Shown one piece after another: positions 47,331-57,026 of a stretch of 64,000 nucleotides of DNA. Numbering within the stretch: position 1 is the stretch's first letter; every line of letters begins with the position of its first letter. The position numbers and the translations under genes were made by a program. The notes beneath the pieces are model-generated. The model ran no database searches, had not been told where the DNA came from, and was given only the letters and a program-made list of their open reading frames with translations. The stretch is from a virus (taxonomy: Duplodnaviria; Caudoviricetes): IMG/VR virus record IMGVR_UViG_3300027983_002389, one strand, 5' to 3'.

Positions 47331-48079
47331 TCGCAAACTTTCTCAAAAAGGCCGATGGCTACCTGAAGTTCATTGTAATCTTAGGTACATTTATTTATTT
47401 GCTAGAGCTAACAACTGGAGCCAAAAATACAGTGGTTTCAAATCCTTTCTTTTTGTATGCAGAAAGGGTAATAGCAGTCATTTTCACCATCGAATATATC
47501 CTTCGTTGGCTTGACGATGCACATGACGGCTATAATTGGCACTATCCGCACTCACCATTGGGTATTGTTGATTTGATTTCCATATTGCCCTTCTGGTGTG
47601 GATTCTTTGTGCCAGTAAATTGGTTGCATTTCATTAGAACATTTCGAGTCTTCAGGCTTTTGAAATTCTTCCGATATTCTCGCAGCTTACAACTTGTGGC
47701 ACTTGGCTTCTATCGAGCAACACCAGCATTGAAACCATTGGTGTTCTCCCAATTCATTATTGGACTGTTCTGTACAGTAGCGATATTTGAAGTCGAATCA
47801 GAGGCACAACCCGATAAATTCAGCACTCTGTTCGATGCTGCATACTTCACGATGGTTACTGTCGCAACCGTTGGATACGGCGATTTAAGCCCCATCACGC
47901 CATCGGGGCGAATCATCGCCATGTTCACCTTCGTGACCGCACTGGCAGTGTTTGCAGGCATCCTGGGCGTCCTGGGATCGAGCTTCTTCAAAGTCATGGA
48001 AGAAGAGATCGACCCCAATATTGACCCTCTTAATGAATTTCACAAAGAAAAACAACGACAACTCGTTCGTTGGAAATAA
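47327..48079 (+). CDS. Voltage-gated potassium channel (6TM)
   Basis: S4 RTFRVFRLLKFFR; filter TVATVGYGD; FTIEY.LR, DLISILPF. Confidence 0.92.
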   Translation: MIANFLKKADGYLKFIVILGTFIYLLELTTGAKNTVVSNPFFLYAERVIAVIFTIEYILRWLDDAHDGYNWHYPHSPLGIVDLISILPFWCGFFVPVNWLHFIRTFRVFRLLKFFRYSRSLQLVALGFYRATPALKPLVFSQFIIGLFCTVAIFEVESEAQPDKFSTLFDAAYFTMVTVATVGYGDLSPITPSGRIIAMFTFVTALAVFAGILGVLGSSFFKVMEEEIDPNIDPLNEFHKEKQRQLVRWK

Positions 48080-48082
48080 TCA

Positions 48083-48370
48083 ATGAAAATTCACGAAAGA
48101 TATTGGTCGTACTCTGAACAGGTTGCACTGCCAGAAATCACAAAGAATCGCAGATTCCTTTGGTGGACGTGGACTGAAACGTATCGCTTCACAAAAGACA
48201 AATACAACTCCAAAGCCGCCCTCTTGGAAGAGGTCAACAAATTTATCGAAGAAAATGATATTGTTGACATCATTTCATTCAAAAATACTGCCAGGATGAT
48301 AACAATTCTTGATTATGACTATGAATACGAAGAACGACGTGGCGGCATTGAACTTGTTTATAAAAAGTAA
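48083..48370 (+). CDS. Hypothetical protein
   Basis: ORF in run. Confidence 0.55.
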   Translation: MKIHERYWSYSEQVALPEITKNRRFLWWTWTETYRFTKDKYNSKAALLEEVNKFIEENDIVDIISFKNTARMITILDYDYEYEERRGGIELVYKK

Positions 48371-48404
48371 CAACGTCCTTTGGGAAATTCGTAGAACCTT
48401 AGTC

Positions 48405-48410
48405 TAAATA
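48405..48410 (+). promoter_or_regulatory. Late-type promoter TAAATA
   Basis: tcTAAATAaaggcATG. Confidence 0.65.
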
Positions 48411-48415
48411 AAGGC

Positions 48416-50506
48416 ATGAGGTTCTACGAATTCCACCAAATTGTCAAATCAGCAAACCCGCCAGCACTCAAGCTGCAATGGGAATACAATGCTGATACGT
48501 TCCAATCCTGGTTTATGTCGGAAGTTACTAAAGAAATTGCCAAAGATTTGGAATCCTGGAAAGATGAAAATCCAAACGAACTCCCGTTCCAAGGACTCTT
48601 TCCCGCTGAAAATGATGAACCAATCACCCGAAGAGTCATTCCCTTCACCGCCGATCCAGTCGCAGTAAGTATTTTGGATAAAATCCAACATGCTGGACTC
48701 AATATCGACTTCAAAACCGGCACTGTAACCAATGGGCAACGTGCTACTCGATTGGGTAAATTAGTTCTAAACAAGAACTCGCCATTCTCAACAGAAGAAA
48801 AGACTTGGTGGAACCATAGCGGTGAACCAATCCCAGAACTTCAAAGAACTCAAAGCACTCACCAATATGCAATAGTTGTATCACGCAATCCTATTGATAT
48901 TGCCCGCATGTCTGACCATGATGGTTGGACTTCATGTCATGCACCAAGTCGTGAATACTTTCAATGTGCTATATCTGACGCTAAAGGCGGCGGGGCAATA
49001 GCATATGTCGCTAAAAAGGCTGATTTAGCTGGTATCGACTTGCAAGAACCAGAAATATTCTCAGATAAACGACGTGGAGTTAGTGGAGTAAACCCCATCT
49101 CCAGAGTGAGATTGCGTAAATTCGTCCACAAAGAAGATGGATATGATCTCGCAGTCCCAGAAGATCGTACTTATGGTAAAGAATTCCCCGGTCTAACCGA
49201 TAGCGTTAGAGATTGGGCGTTGCAGTCCCAACAAGTTGTCCTCAAAGGACAACGACCTAGCATGGATGAATTCAAACTCATGGGTGGAAGCTATCAAGAT
49301 ACTCAAGGAAGTGATTTATTCAATTACTTCTTCAATGATGATCTCGATTCCGGTGATGCCGAATATGGCGGTGACGGCGATGGACAAGGCATGTTTGCCC
49401 AATACGAGGAAGAAGTCGAAATAATTGAAAAAGAATTCAGAAATTCATTCACCATCTGCTCGTTCTATGCCTCTGTAGAAGAATCCGAGGGTGCGCCCTA
49501 TGTCTCCTACAGCGGCACTGTATACATCAAAATCCCCGAAGAATTGCTTTTGCCATTGCCAAAAGAAACAGATGTATGGGGTCCAAAGTCCAAAGGATGG
49601 CAGATCAGAAAAGAATTGGAAAAATGGGCCAAAGATAACGAAATCTATAACGTCAATGAAGTTGAATACGACGATGAAGGTCTGCGTATCGAAATTCATG
49701 ATGATAGCGGCACGAACCCAGATGATTTCAGAAGTTTCTGTGAAAATACACTCAAAGATATTGATGAAAAGAAAGATGAACTTCAAGCCAGCCTATATCA
49801 CAAGTTGGTAGAAATGGGATTGGCCACAGCAAATAAAGTCTCTCAGATCAACAATGATCTGGACAATGAGAACGCACATGCCTTCCAACACTTTGAATGG
49901 CAAGGTAAAAGCCCTGAAGTCTCAATATCCCTCAAAGAGCCAATGAGCCTGCCAGCACCACCACAAACTAACGCTGGCTTCCAACATGAATATTGGCAAG
50001 ATCAATTCAAACAGTCCGTCATGCAACAAATCAATGCTTGGGCCGATAGAGTTGTCACCATCCAGAAACAACAACCATCACTCTTTCCAGATATGGAGCA
50101 GGATCATAAGCGACCATTTGAACTCCATATTAAACCTGAGATCGAACTCAAACCGAAAGACTCATGGAAAAAGGGAGAACCCGGTCAACCATTGTTCATG
50201 TTTATGAAACTGAACTTCGAGACGTTCTCAAATGACGAGCATGTCGAAGATGCAATCAACTTTGCCAAGTTCCTGGATAAGAACTTCCCCAAATTTGAGA
50301 GCATGATCTATCAGATATACATGAAATGGATCAACAATTGGGGCAAACCACAGCCCTCAGCACAACCAGCCCCAATGCAACACGCCCCAAATCCGGCTCC
50401 GACACAACCAGAACAACCTCCGACAACCAATCCTGCACAACCAATTAGCGATTTGCCAAATGCAGCTAAAGGGGAGGAGAGAGTCACGTCCCGCACACAC
50501 GGATGA
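48416..50506 (+). CDS. Large late hypothetical protein, putative head-packaged
   Basis: MRFYEF...FQSWFMSE; SRNPIDIARMSD..WTSCH; Pro/Gln tail. Confidence 0.75.
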   Translation: MRFYEFHQIVKSANPPALKLQWEYNADTFQSWFMSEVTKEIAKDLESWKDENPNELPFQGLFPAENDEPITRRVIPFTADPVAVSILDKIQHAGLNIDFKTGTVTNGQRATRLGKLVLNKNSPFSTEEKTWWNHSGEPIPELQRTQSTHQYAIVVSRNPIDIARMSDHDGWTSCHAPSREYFQCAISDAKGGGAIAYVAKKADLAGIDLQEPEIFSDKRRGVSGVNPISRVRLRKFVHKEDGYDLAVPEDRTYGKEFPGLTDSVRDWALQSQQVVLKGQRPSMDEFKLMGGSYQDTQGSDLFNYFFNDDLDSGDAEYGGDGDGQGMFAQYEEEVEIIEKEFRNSFTICSFYASVEESEGAPYVSYSGTVYIKIPEELLLPLPKETDVWGPKSKGWQIRKELEKWAKDNEIYNVNEVEYDDEGLRIEIHDDSGTNPDDFRSFCENTLKDIDEKKDELQASLYHKLVEMGLATANKVSQINNDLDNENAHAFQHFEWQGKSPEVSISLKEPMSLPAPPQTNAGFQHEYWQDQFKQSVMQQINAWADRVVTIQKQQPSLFPDMEQDHKRPFELHIKPEIELKPKDSWKKGEPGQPLFMFMKLNFETFSNDEHVEDAINFAKFLDKNFPKFESMIYQIYMKWINNWGKPQPSAQPAPMQHAPNPAPTQPEQPPTTNPAQPISDLPNAAKGEERVTSRTHG

Positions 50507-50598
50507 AATCGTTGATTTAACAAGTTTTACTCCAAATATACAACAGTCTGTTCAAGAGACAAAACCTCAGACAAAATCTCAGACAAAGGAACTTCATC

Positions 50599-51315
50599 AT
50601 GAAAACATTTAAACAATTTTTGCAAGAGATGCCAATGAGCTTAAATTTTGCTGGCAATAATTGGAATGATTTAGAACAAAATGCGAAAGCGGGACAAGCA
50701 ACAGGTCGTTTCGACGCTTCTTCTACAAGAATGTTACATTCTGATAAAGCTAAAGCAAAAATCATAAGAAGATTTGAAGATGTTCCTTATAATTTTAATG
50801 TTTATTTTGTCAATAGTAAGCGAGGTTGTACAAGTGCTAAAATTGATAAATCACAAATGGAATTGTATTATCCGCAAATGGGCATAACTCCAAATGAAGC
50901 TCCGATCATTGATGGAAAAATAAATGTGTTTATTTGTAGTTGGGAAAACGATCCTCCAACAGCCTGGATGATTGCTCATAGATTTGGTCATGCTAATAAC
51001 GAATTAACTCAATCCTTATACAAAATAATGCACCAATATGGAAAAAACATACAAGGAATTAGAAGTGGATATCCAGAGTTTGACATAGTGTCACGATATG
51101 GAACTATGAAATCTGCAACAACTGGAAAACTAGGTGCCAATGACGAACCTCTTTACGAAATTATCGCACAATTTATTATGACTGGAAAAGTTACATTTAA
51201 AACCTCTCCAAATTCAACAATAGACTCACAAATAAAAAATATTGAATCTATTTGTAATATTACAATTGAAAACGTTATGAAAGATGCACGCCAATATGTT
51301 TATTTTTTATTCTAA
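50599..51315 (+). CDS. AT-rich hypothetical protein with capsid-targeting-like N-terminus
   Basis: MKTFKQFLQE; zincin-like AHRFGH. Confidence 0.7.
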   Translation: MKTFKQFLQEMPMSLNFAGNNWNDLEQNAKAGQATGRFDASSTRMLHSDKAKAKIIRRFEDVPYNFNVYFVNSKRGCTSAKIDKSQMELYYPQMGITPNEAPIIDGKINVFICSWENDPPTAWMIAHRFGHANNELTQSLYKIMHQYGKNIQGIRSGYPEFDIVSRYGTMKSATTGKLGANDEPLYEIIAQFIMTGKVTFKTSPNSTIDSQIKNIESICNITIENVMKDARQYVYFLF

Positions 51316-51501
51316 GGAAATAAGTGGCTATAAGAAGATCTAAGACAGAACCAACACCAGTCAAGTTGGAAGAAACGTTTGGAGAGCTTACCGTCCACCA
51401 ACGACTTGAAATATCTTGTCGTATCCACTTGACTCTCGCCAAGACAGCCAGTAAACTCAACCGAGATTCACCAAACCCCGTTTCTATGAAAGGAACAACC
51501 A

Positions 51502-51819
51502 GTGAAGAATCTACTCGTTTTGGGCATCTTCGCCATCGCAGCAATCGCTTTCTCCGCATCTAGCGCAGAGGCACGTTGTTGCAAAGTTCGCTGTTGCAAG
51601 CCTGCGGTTGCTTGCTGTGTCGTCGCTCCTGTTGTAGTCTGTCAGCCTGCCCCCGCCTGTGAGTCGAACTGCTGCCACCGTCCAGTCAGGAACTTGATTC
51701 ACCGAGTCAAGAACCGCCGTTGCTGTGTTGTCGCAACTTGTTGCAACACCACAGGACCACCAGTGGTTGCACCAGCAGAACCCAAGACCGTTGTTATGCC
51801 AGCACCGGCATCCAACTAA
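51502..51819 (+). CDS. Secreted Cys-rich peptide
   Basis: SD AAGGA then GTG; signal peptide ending AEA; repeated CC pairs. Confidence 0.7.
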   Translation: MKNLLVLGIFAIAAIAFSASSAEARCCKVRCCKPAVACCVVAPVVVCQPAPACESNCCHRPVRNLIHRVKNRRCCVVATCCNTTGPPVVAPAEPKTVVMPAPASN

Positions 51820-51839
51820 TCTTGAATTGAAGATGGTTG

Positions 51840-51873
51840 AAAAGCCAGCAAGGTAATACTTGCTGGCTTTTTT
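51840..51873 (+). terminator. Bidirectional intrinsic terminator
   Basis: AAAGCCAGCAAG-6-CTTGCTGGCTTT plus T-tract. Confidence 0.85.
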
Positions 51874-52034
51874 CGTATTGACAAGTAAACCTTTTTCACA
51901 TAACTTGAGACTTGTGCAATACCTCAAACCGAGTAAAGCCGGATGACCGAAGAAAATTTAACTGAGCCGCCACAATAGGCAATATCTCTGCGTCTAATAT
52001 CACAAAACGCACAAACACAAAACAACAAATTTCA

Positions 52035-53390
52035 CTACTTTACGCCCCGATTCACAAGATTGGATACCACCACAGATACACGCTCACTTGTTGCATCAGG
52101 CTCAAAATGCACCGATGTCCCATAATGGTTCCCGCCACCTACCATATAGACAATCTTGACATATGTGCTGTTCGACTTGACCTCAATAACCGGCAATGAT
52201 CCTACCTTGGCACCTAACTTCCTGCCCGGACCCTCACCCGTTACAAAATCCTTCCCAATTGCCGATGACCATCCAGGTGATGAATCAGCCTGCAACAATG
52301 AACGATACGCCGGAATCGTGTCAGCACCACCAGTAACCATTAACTCAAGTAATGCCGCAAACTTTCGTGGCTTGTTCGTGTAAGAACCCTCTGCCGCTGA
52401 CTTCATGTTGTCCAATAAATAAGCACGCTTATCTGCCGCTTCATATAAAGGATTAGTCAACATGTCCCTCATGTTCTTCAATACCTTGCGACTCGCACCC
52501 AATGCACTTAATGCCCTCACAGAACTCAAATGACGAACCTGTACCTGAGTCTCAGTCACCGCCTTCAAACTAAACCCAACGTCCCCACGCATCCCAGGTA
52601 AATACTTCTCGCATCCAATACGTAAATCCGCCGTGTCTGACTTCAAACGAGCCGATTGACCGTCCGTACCTCCAGTAAACTCAATCGAATCCACCACACA
52701 CTGACGAACTAATGCCATCGCCTTGCTGTGTATCAAATTCCCCATGCCAGTCTTGCCAGTCGCATGTTGCTTAATGAACTCCACAACCAATCGACCTAAA
52801 TTCGACCCCACCTTGCTACTAATCACACCACCTAATCGTGCTTGCTCCGTCATCGCCCATGCTAAATCCTTCTGACCAACAACCTTTAACCTGAACGTCG
52901 TTACCAAAAAGGCAAATACCTCAACCTCAAACAATAATCCCATCTCCTTCCCAACCAACTGAGGAATCGAACGTGTCCCAGCATTCATACCCTTCGCAAA
53001 TGTCGTAGTGTCCTTCGCATTCCATCCCATTCCCATTCCATTAGCCGCAACAATAGCAGCTTTCCCCTTCCAACCCTTTTCTGTAACCTCGCCCAATATA
53101 GCCCCAGAATGCACCACAGATGACGCTAATGCCATAGGAGTCTCCACATTAGCCCTGACCGGGGAAACAGCCATAGAAGGCGTCACAGGAGCTACAGACG
53201 CCATAGAACTGATGGATACAGAAACATATCCCTCAGATGGACGAATAGATGAAGAAATACGACCCATAAGCTGCTGAACCCATGCAGCAACCTCAGTCAT
53301 CCCGCCCTCAGAGGCCCCAAGCCATTCCTTGAAATGGTTAAGAAATGTGCCTTCCATTGGCACCGTTGGCACCACCTTGAAACTATTCAT
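52035..53390 (-). CDS. Late protein, possible PD-(D/E)xK-like nuclease; N-terminus interrupted by micro-element
   Basis: GLLFE...TADLRIG...GFSLK; MNSFK[16 aa]EWLGASE. Confidence 0.55.
   Translation of the reverse strand: MNSFKVVPTVPMEGTFLNHFKEWLGASEGGMTEVAAWVQQLMGRISSSIRPSEGYVSVSISSMASVAPVTPSMAVSPVRANVETPMALASSVVHSGAILGEVTEKGWKGKAAIVAANGMGMGWNAKDTTTFAKGMNAGTRSIPQLVGKEMGLLFEVEVFAFLVTTFRLKVVGQKDLAWAMTEQARLGGVISSKVGSNLGRLVVEFIKQHATGKTGMGNLIHSKAMALVRQCVVDSIEFTGGTDGQSARLKSDTADLRIGCEKYLPGMRGDVGFSLKAVTETQVQVRHLSSVRALSALGASRKVLKNMRDMLTNPLYEAADKRAYLLDNMKSAAEGSYTNKPRKFAALLELMVTGGADTIPAYRSLLQADSSPGWSSAIGKDFVTGEGPGRKLGAKVGSLPVIEVKSNSTYVKIVYMVGGGNHYGTSVHFEPDATSERVSVVVSNLVNRGVK
53327..53382 (+). mobile_element. 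40-bp hairpin micro-element (53335-53374) with 8-bp target-site duplication
   Basis: CCTTGAAA-[TGGTTAAGAAATGTGCCTTCCATTGGCACCGTTGGCACCA]-CCTTGAAA; ends TGGT/ACCA. Confidence 0.75.
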
Positions 53391-53393
53391 ACT

Positions 53394-55190
53394 TTATCTT
53401 CCCTTATTGAAAATTCGCTGCTTTGTGGCATTATGCCTCCTTTGCATTTGTGCGTGTTGATCCTGCTTAGCATAATCCTCTCTACTTCTAGGGCCACGGT
53501 CTTCGTTGCCCATATCTCTCGCAACTTGACGACGTGCTTGATCCTGTTTGTCAAAATCAGCATCCGAAACAGCATTCCTGTCAGACATCTGCTTGTCGTT
53601 GTATCCATCATTGTTGCCATTCAGATAATCATTGGGATCAGCAGTATCATTATTTGGATATAACCTACCTTTAGGAAGTGCGCCGCTAGAATCCACTTCC
53701 GGTGACTCCATCCCAGGAACAGGTTCCCCAATGTGTGAACCCCAGAACCTATCACCAGAACCATAGGTCGGCTTGTCCACCCTTGGTTGTGACACATTTT
53801 TACCCCACGCTGGTTGTGTGTCGCCATTCGTGTTCATCACATCATTTTTACCTTGATTTACTTTATTCCAAGGCTCTATATCCTTCATTAACTTATCATT
53901 AGCACGAACCTCCGCAGGAGTCATTTCACGACCATTCATGAACTTTCCAGTAGGAGTAGCTTCAGGAGTAGCTTCAGGAGTAGTATCGGTAGGAACAGGA
54001 CTAGAATTGTCAGGAGTTGTTATCCCCAAATCCGACTGAAGTGATTGCAACTCAGGCTGAGGAATCACCCCAACACTTGCAATACTATCAAATGCAGACT
54101 GCATAGAATTCACACCAGCACCTACACCAGCACCTATCGCCGCTCCTAAAGCAACCATAAATGCCGCCTTGCCTATCGCTAACTTGTTCTCCGATGCAAA
54201 TTTTCCAATAGATGACATTGATGACTTAATCATGTTGCCACCCTTCACCGTCTTGCCCGCTGCCTTGCCAGCCATATTCCCAATAGCACCGCCAACCTTG
54301 TCAGAGACTCCATTGTCCCACCATTGCTTGCCCTGCTTTGCCTTACTCGTTGCGTAATCCTCAGCACCGCCTATCTTCTTGCCTGCCCAATTGCCAGCCT
54401 GTGATACCCTGTCTCCAAACCAACCCTCATGTAAATCACGTTCGTTAGCATAACTCGCAAAACTTAAATTCCATGAATTCTGCATACTAGATGGTGTCCA
54501 AAGTTTAGCATTCGGATTCCTCTTCTGCTGTCCAGGTAACCAAAGATTAGATTGTTGTGCAGCTTGAGGTTGTGCAGCTTGAGGTTGTACAGCTTGAGGT
54601 TGTACAGCTTGAGGTTGTACAGCTTGAGGTTGTGCAGCTTGAGGTTGTGCAGCTTGAGGTTGTGCAGCTTGAGGTTGTGCAGCTTGAGGTTGTGCAGCTT
54701 GAGGTTGTGCAGCTTGAGGTTGTGCAGCCGCCTGCTTTCCATCCCAACCCATCTTGTTAGCTGCCTTGTCAAAGCCAGCACTAGCTGCCTTATTGAGAGG
54801 CTTCCTAACAAAATATAAAAGTGCAGCCATAGGCATCGCAGCAGGTCCACCTACCACCCCAGATGCCATCAATGCAGTTGCTAACATCGGATCAATGCCT
54901 AACTTCTGAGAAAATTGACCAGCAGCCTGACGTGACTTGTTGATAGCCTCCATAGCCTTAGTTGCATATTGAGCATACTGACCGTCGCCAGTTGTGTCAT
55001 TCTTCGATTGATCGTAATTCTTCTTGAATCCCTGACTCATAGAATCAAAGAAACCCTCATCAATCAAATACTCCTCAAACGTCATCATGCGTAAATTTTC
55101 ACGAACACAATTAGGCACCGTCCGAGAACCCTTGCTTTTTGTCCCAATCATCTCGTAACCCTTCCAACAAGGATTTTTACTGTTTTTCAT
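53394..55190 (-). CDS. Low-complexity late protein, probable internal or ejected virion protein
   Basis: PCWKGY...VPNCV motif; MMTFEEYLIDE; QPQA(A/V) x11; Gly/Ala hydrophobic segments. Confidence 0.7.
   Translation of the reverse strand: MKNSKNPCWKGYEMIGTKSKGSRTVPNCVRENLRMMTFEEYLIDEGFFDSMSQGFKKNYDQSKNDTTGDGQYAQYATKAMEAINKSRQAAGQFSQKLGIDPMLATALMASGVVGGPAAMPMAALLYFVRKPLNKAASAGFDKAANKMGWDGKQAAAQPQAAQPQAAQPQAAQPQAAQPQAAQPQAAQPQAVQPQAVQPQAVQPQAAQPQAAQQSNLWLPGQQKRNPNAKLWTPSSMQNSWNLSFASYANERDLHEGWFGDRVSQAGNWAGKKIGGAEDYATSKAKQGKQWWDNGVSDKVGGAIGNMAGKAAGKTVKGGNMIKSSMSSIGKFASENKLAIGKAAFMVALGAAIGAGVGAGVNSMQSAFDSIASVGVIPQPELQSLQSDLGITTPDNSSPVPTDTTPEATPEATPTGKFMNGREMTPAEVRANDKLMKDIEPWNKVNQGKNDVMNTNGDTQPAWGKNVSQPRVDKPTYGSGDRFWGSHIGEPVPGMESPEVDSSGALPKGRLYPNNDTADPNDYLNGNNDGYNDKQMSDRNAVSDADFDKQDQARRQVARDMGNEDRGPRSREDYAKQDQHAQMQRRHNATKQRIFNKGR
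54555..54729 (-). repeat. 15-bp coding tandem repeat x11
   Basis: TTGT(G/A)CAGCTTGAGG units. Confidence 0.95.
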
Positions 55191-55199
55191 ATTGTCTCC

Positions 55200-55271
55200 T
55201 TAAAAATCAAATAAACTACCCTGGTTGGCAGCAATACGACGCTTACGAGCCTTTTTGCCACCCTGAGCCAT
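55200..55271 (-). pseudogene. Orphan diverged copy of the 3' end of the glycosylase-like gene
   Basis: MAQGGKKARKRRIAANQGSLFDF* versus MAQGGKKARKRRASALQPTLFDN*. Confidence 0.75.
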
Positions 55272-55328
55272 ACCACCATGAATCAAAAAAGGGTTCTGCC
55301 GCAATTTCAAAACAAGTAAACCATTGAC

Positions 55329-55357
55329 TTTACAACAGATAAAATGAATGGTATAAC
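55329..55357 (+). promoter_or_regulatory. sigma70-like promoter, antisense to late operon
   Basis: TTTACA-N17-TATAAC. Confidence 0.55.
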
Positions 55358-55586
55358 TCAAATTCATTGATGACATGGAGAACAAGGTTTTCGTTTCAGG
55401 TAATTCTTCCTAACTGTAAAAAAGCGATATCATTGAAGCTAGGGGACAGGTTGTACGTTGACATAAGACTTAATTAAGCCGACCCGTCATCGTTCTTCGT
55501 ACTCGCTCGTATATGAGAGGATGGAAGTTAATCAACTGATATGAGGCTCCCCATTTTTTTGACTTTTCTTGCCGTTTACTGATTCC

Positions 55587-57026
55587 TTAATTGTCAAATA
55601 ATGTAGGCTGTAATGCTGATGCCCGACGCTTACGAGCCTTTTTACCACCCTGAGCCATACGCTGCTGAATGATCGAACGTATATGGTCTGGATCAACTGC
55701 ACCACCAGCACCCAATGCAGGCGATAAGTAATGCAATGCAGTAGGCTGACTGCCCAAATTCTGATCCAATGACCTACCGTCCGGCCCCTTGCGAAATTTA
55801 ACCGCACGAGCAGCTAATTCCCCAGGATCAGTTACCATTGATGCAGGCGTCTGAATCCCGCCACGAGAATATAAGTTGTAGAAATGCTTCAACGCATCGT
55901 CCGGGTCCATCAAAGAATGTGTCGCCGAAGCACCCATCCCCAAACGACCACCAGCCAATGGCACCATCACGCCCCCACGATCCTTTCCAATACCTAATTT
56001 CGGTATCTTAATCCCCTTCATCGAATCATACTCGCCAGCATTCTTGTCCAATGCCCCACCCTGCATGTCGTAATACCCCTTGCCATGATGAGTTACCATC
56101 ACATACATGGTTTCTACGAAATCAACCCATACATCCCATAATTGCTTCGTCCCAATCCCACGAGATGATAATTTGTTCAATGTGTTCACATAGCGCTCCG
56201 CTCCACCCTTCTTGCGACCCCATGACTTCTCGTCAAAATCACCAGCCTTGTCCATGTCCGGGAATACCTTGGTGTATATGTCAATGTTGTGAGTGTCAAT
56301 GCAACCAGCACGACCCCATAACAATTGAGCAATAAATCCAGCCTTGACCGGCTGAACCCCCTTAATCATCGACAAACGCTTAATCAACACCGTGTCGTCC
56401 CCACTACCAGCTATTCCATTCAATTCATGAAATAAATTGTCCTTGTTAGACCATATGTCCGCAATCGTGTCCAACTTGAACCCGCCAATCGTATGAGCCA
56501 AAGCATGATACTTGTCCCCAAAGGAATCCACAGCATGTTCAATCTCCTGCTTCGTCACACGCTCAGGAAATTGATGCTTCAATATCGCCATCAGCATGTA
56601 ATAGTTGTCCCAATGCTTCGCAAATGGTACGTTCGCTGATAATGGACTAAACATCAATACCTGAGCAAAATTGGCAGGCGATACCTTGGCAAATGCCTGA
56701 ATAGCTCCAATGTGTGAGGCATATCCAGATAATGGCGTCACTTCACACGATCCACCCTCGTCATCAATTAACTTGTCTACCTTGGCTTCAGGATCAGGAC
56801 CAGCATCCTCGTCACCAAATAAATTGGGATCACCCTTCTTCTTGGTGAAATCCATCCCAGCTAACTGATGACGATTCACTCGCCCCTCATTTAACCAAAA
56901 TGATACCTCAGTCATCAAAGATGAAAGAATGTATCCCCCAAATGCCTCGTCGTCAGACATCCACTCTCTGAAATTAGTCGTCATATAATTGATCCCCATT
57001 GAATTATTCGTTCTCGTTGCCTTCAC
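55587..57026 (-). CDS. HhH-GPD (Ogg2-like) DNA glycosylase/AP-lyase-like protein; probable start 56984
   Basis: IKGVQPVKAGF...AGCIDTHN matches the HhH Lys/Asp layout; MTTNFREWMSDDE; C-terminal QPTLF. Confidence 0.6.
   Translation of the reverse strand: MKATRTNNSMGINYMTTNFREWMSDDEAFGGYILSSLMTEVSFWLNEGRVNRHQLAGMDFTKKKGDPNLFGDEDAGPDPEAKVDKLIDDEGGSCEVTPLSGYASHIGAIQAFAKVSPANFAQVLMFSPLSANVPFAKHWDNYYMLMAILKHQFPERVTKQEIEHAVDSFGDKYHALAHTIGGFKLDTIADIWSNKDNLFHELNGIAGSGDDTVLIKRLSMIKGVQPVKAGFIAQLLWGRAGCIDTHNIDIYTKVFPDMDKAGDFDEKSWGRKKGGAERYVNTLNKLSSRGIGTKQLWDVWVDFVETMYVMVTHHGKGYYDMQGGALDKNAGEYDSMKGIKIPKLGIGKDRGGVMVPLAGGRLGMGASATHSLMDPDDALKHFYNLYSRGGIQTPASMVTDPGELAARAVKFRKGPDGRSLDQNLGSQPTALHYLSPALGAGGAVDPDHIRSIIQQRMAQGGKKARKRRASALQPTLFDN

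Noticed and set aside
54464-54850. ORFs reading LHNLK, CTTSS, CSLRL or QLEVV repeats
   Set aside because: Shadow frames of the QPQAA coding repeat.
55200-55660. DGR template/variable repeat pair
   Set aside because: Differences are not confined to adenines and no reverse transcriptase is visible.
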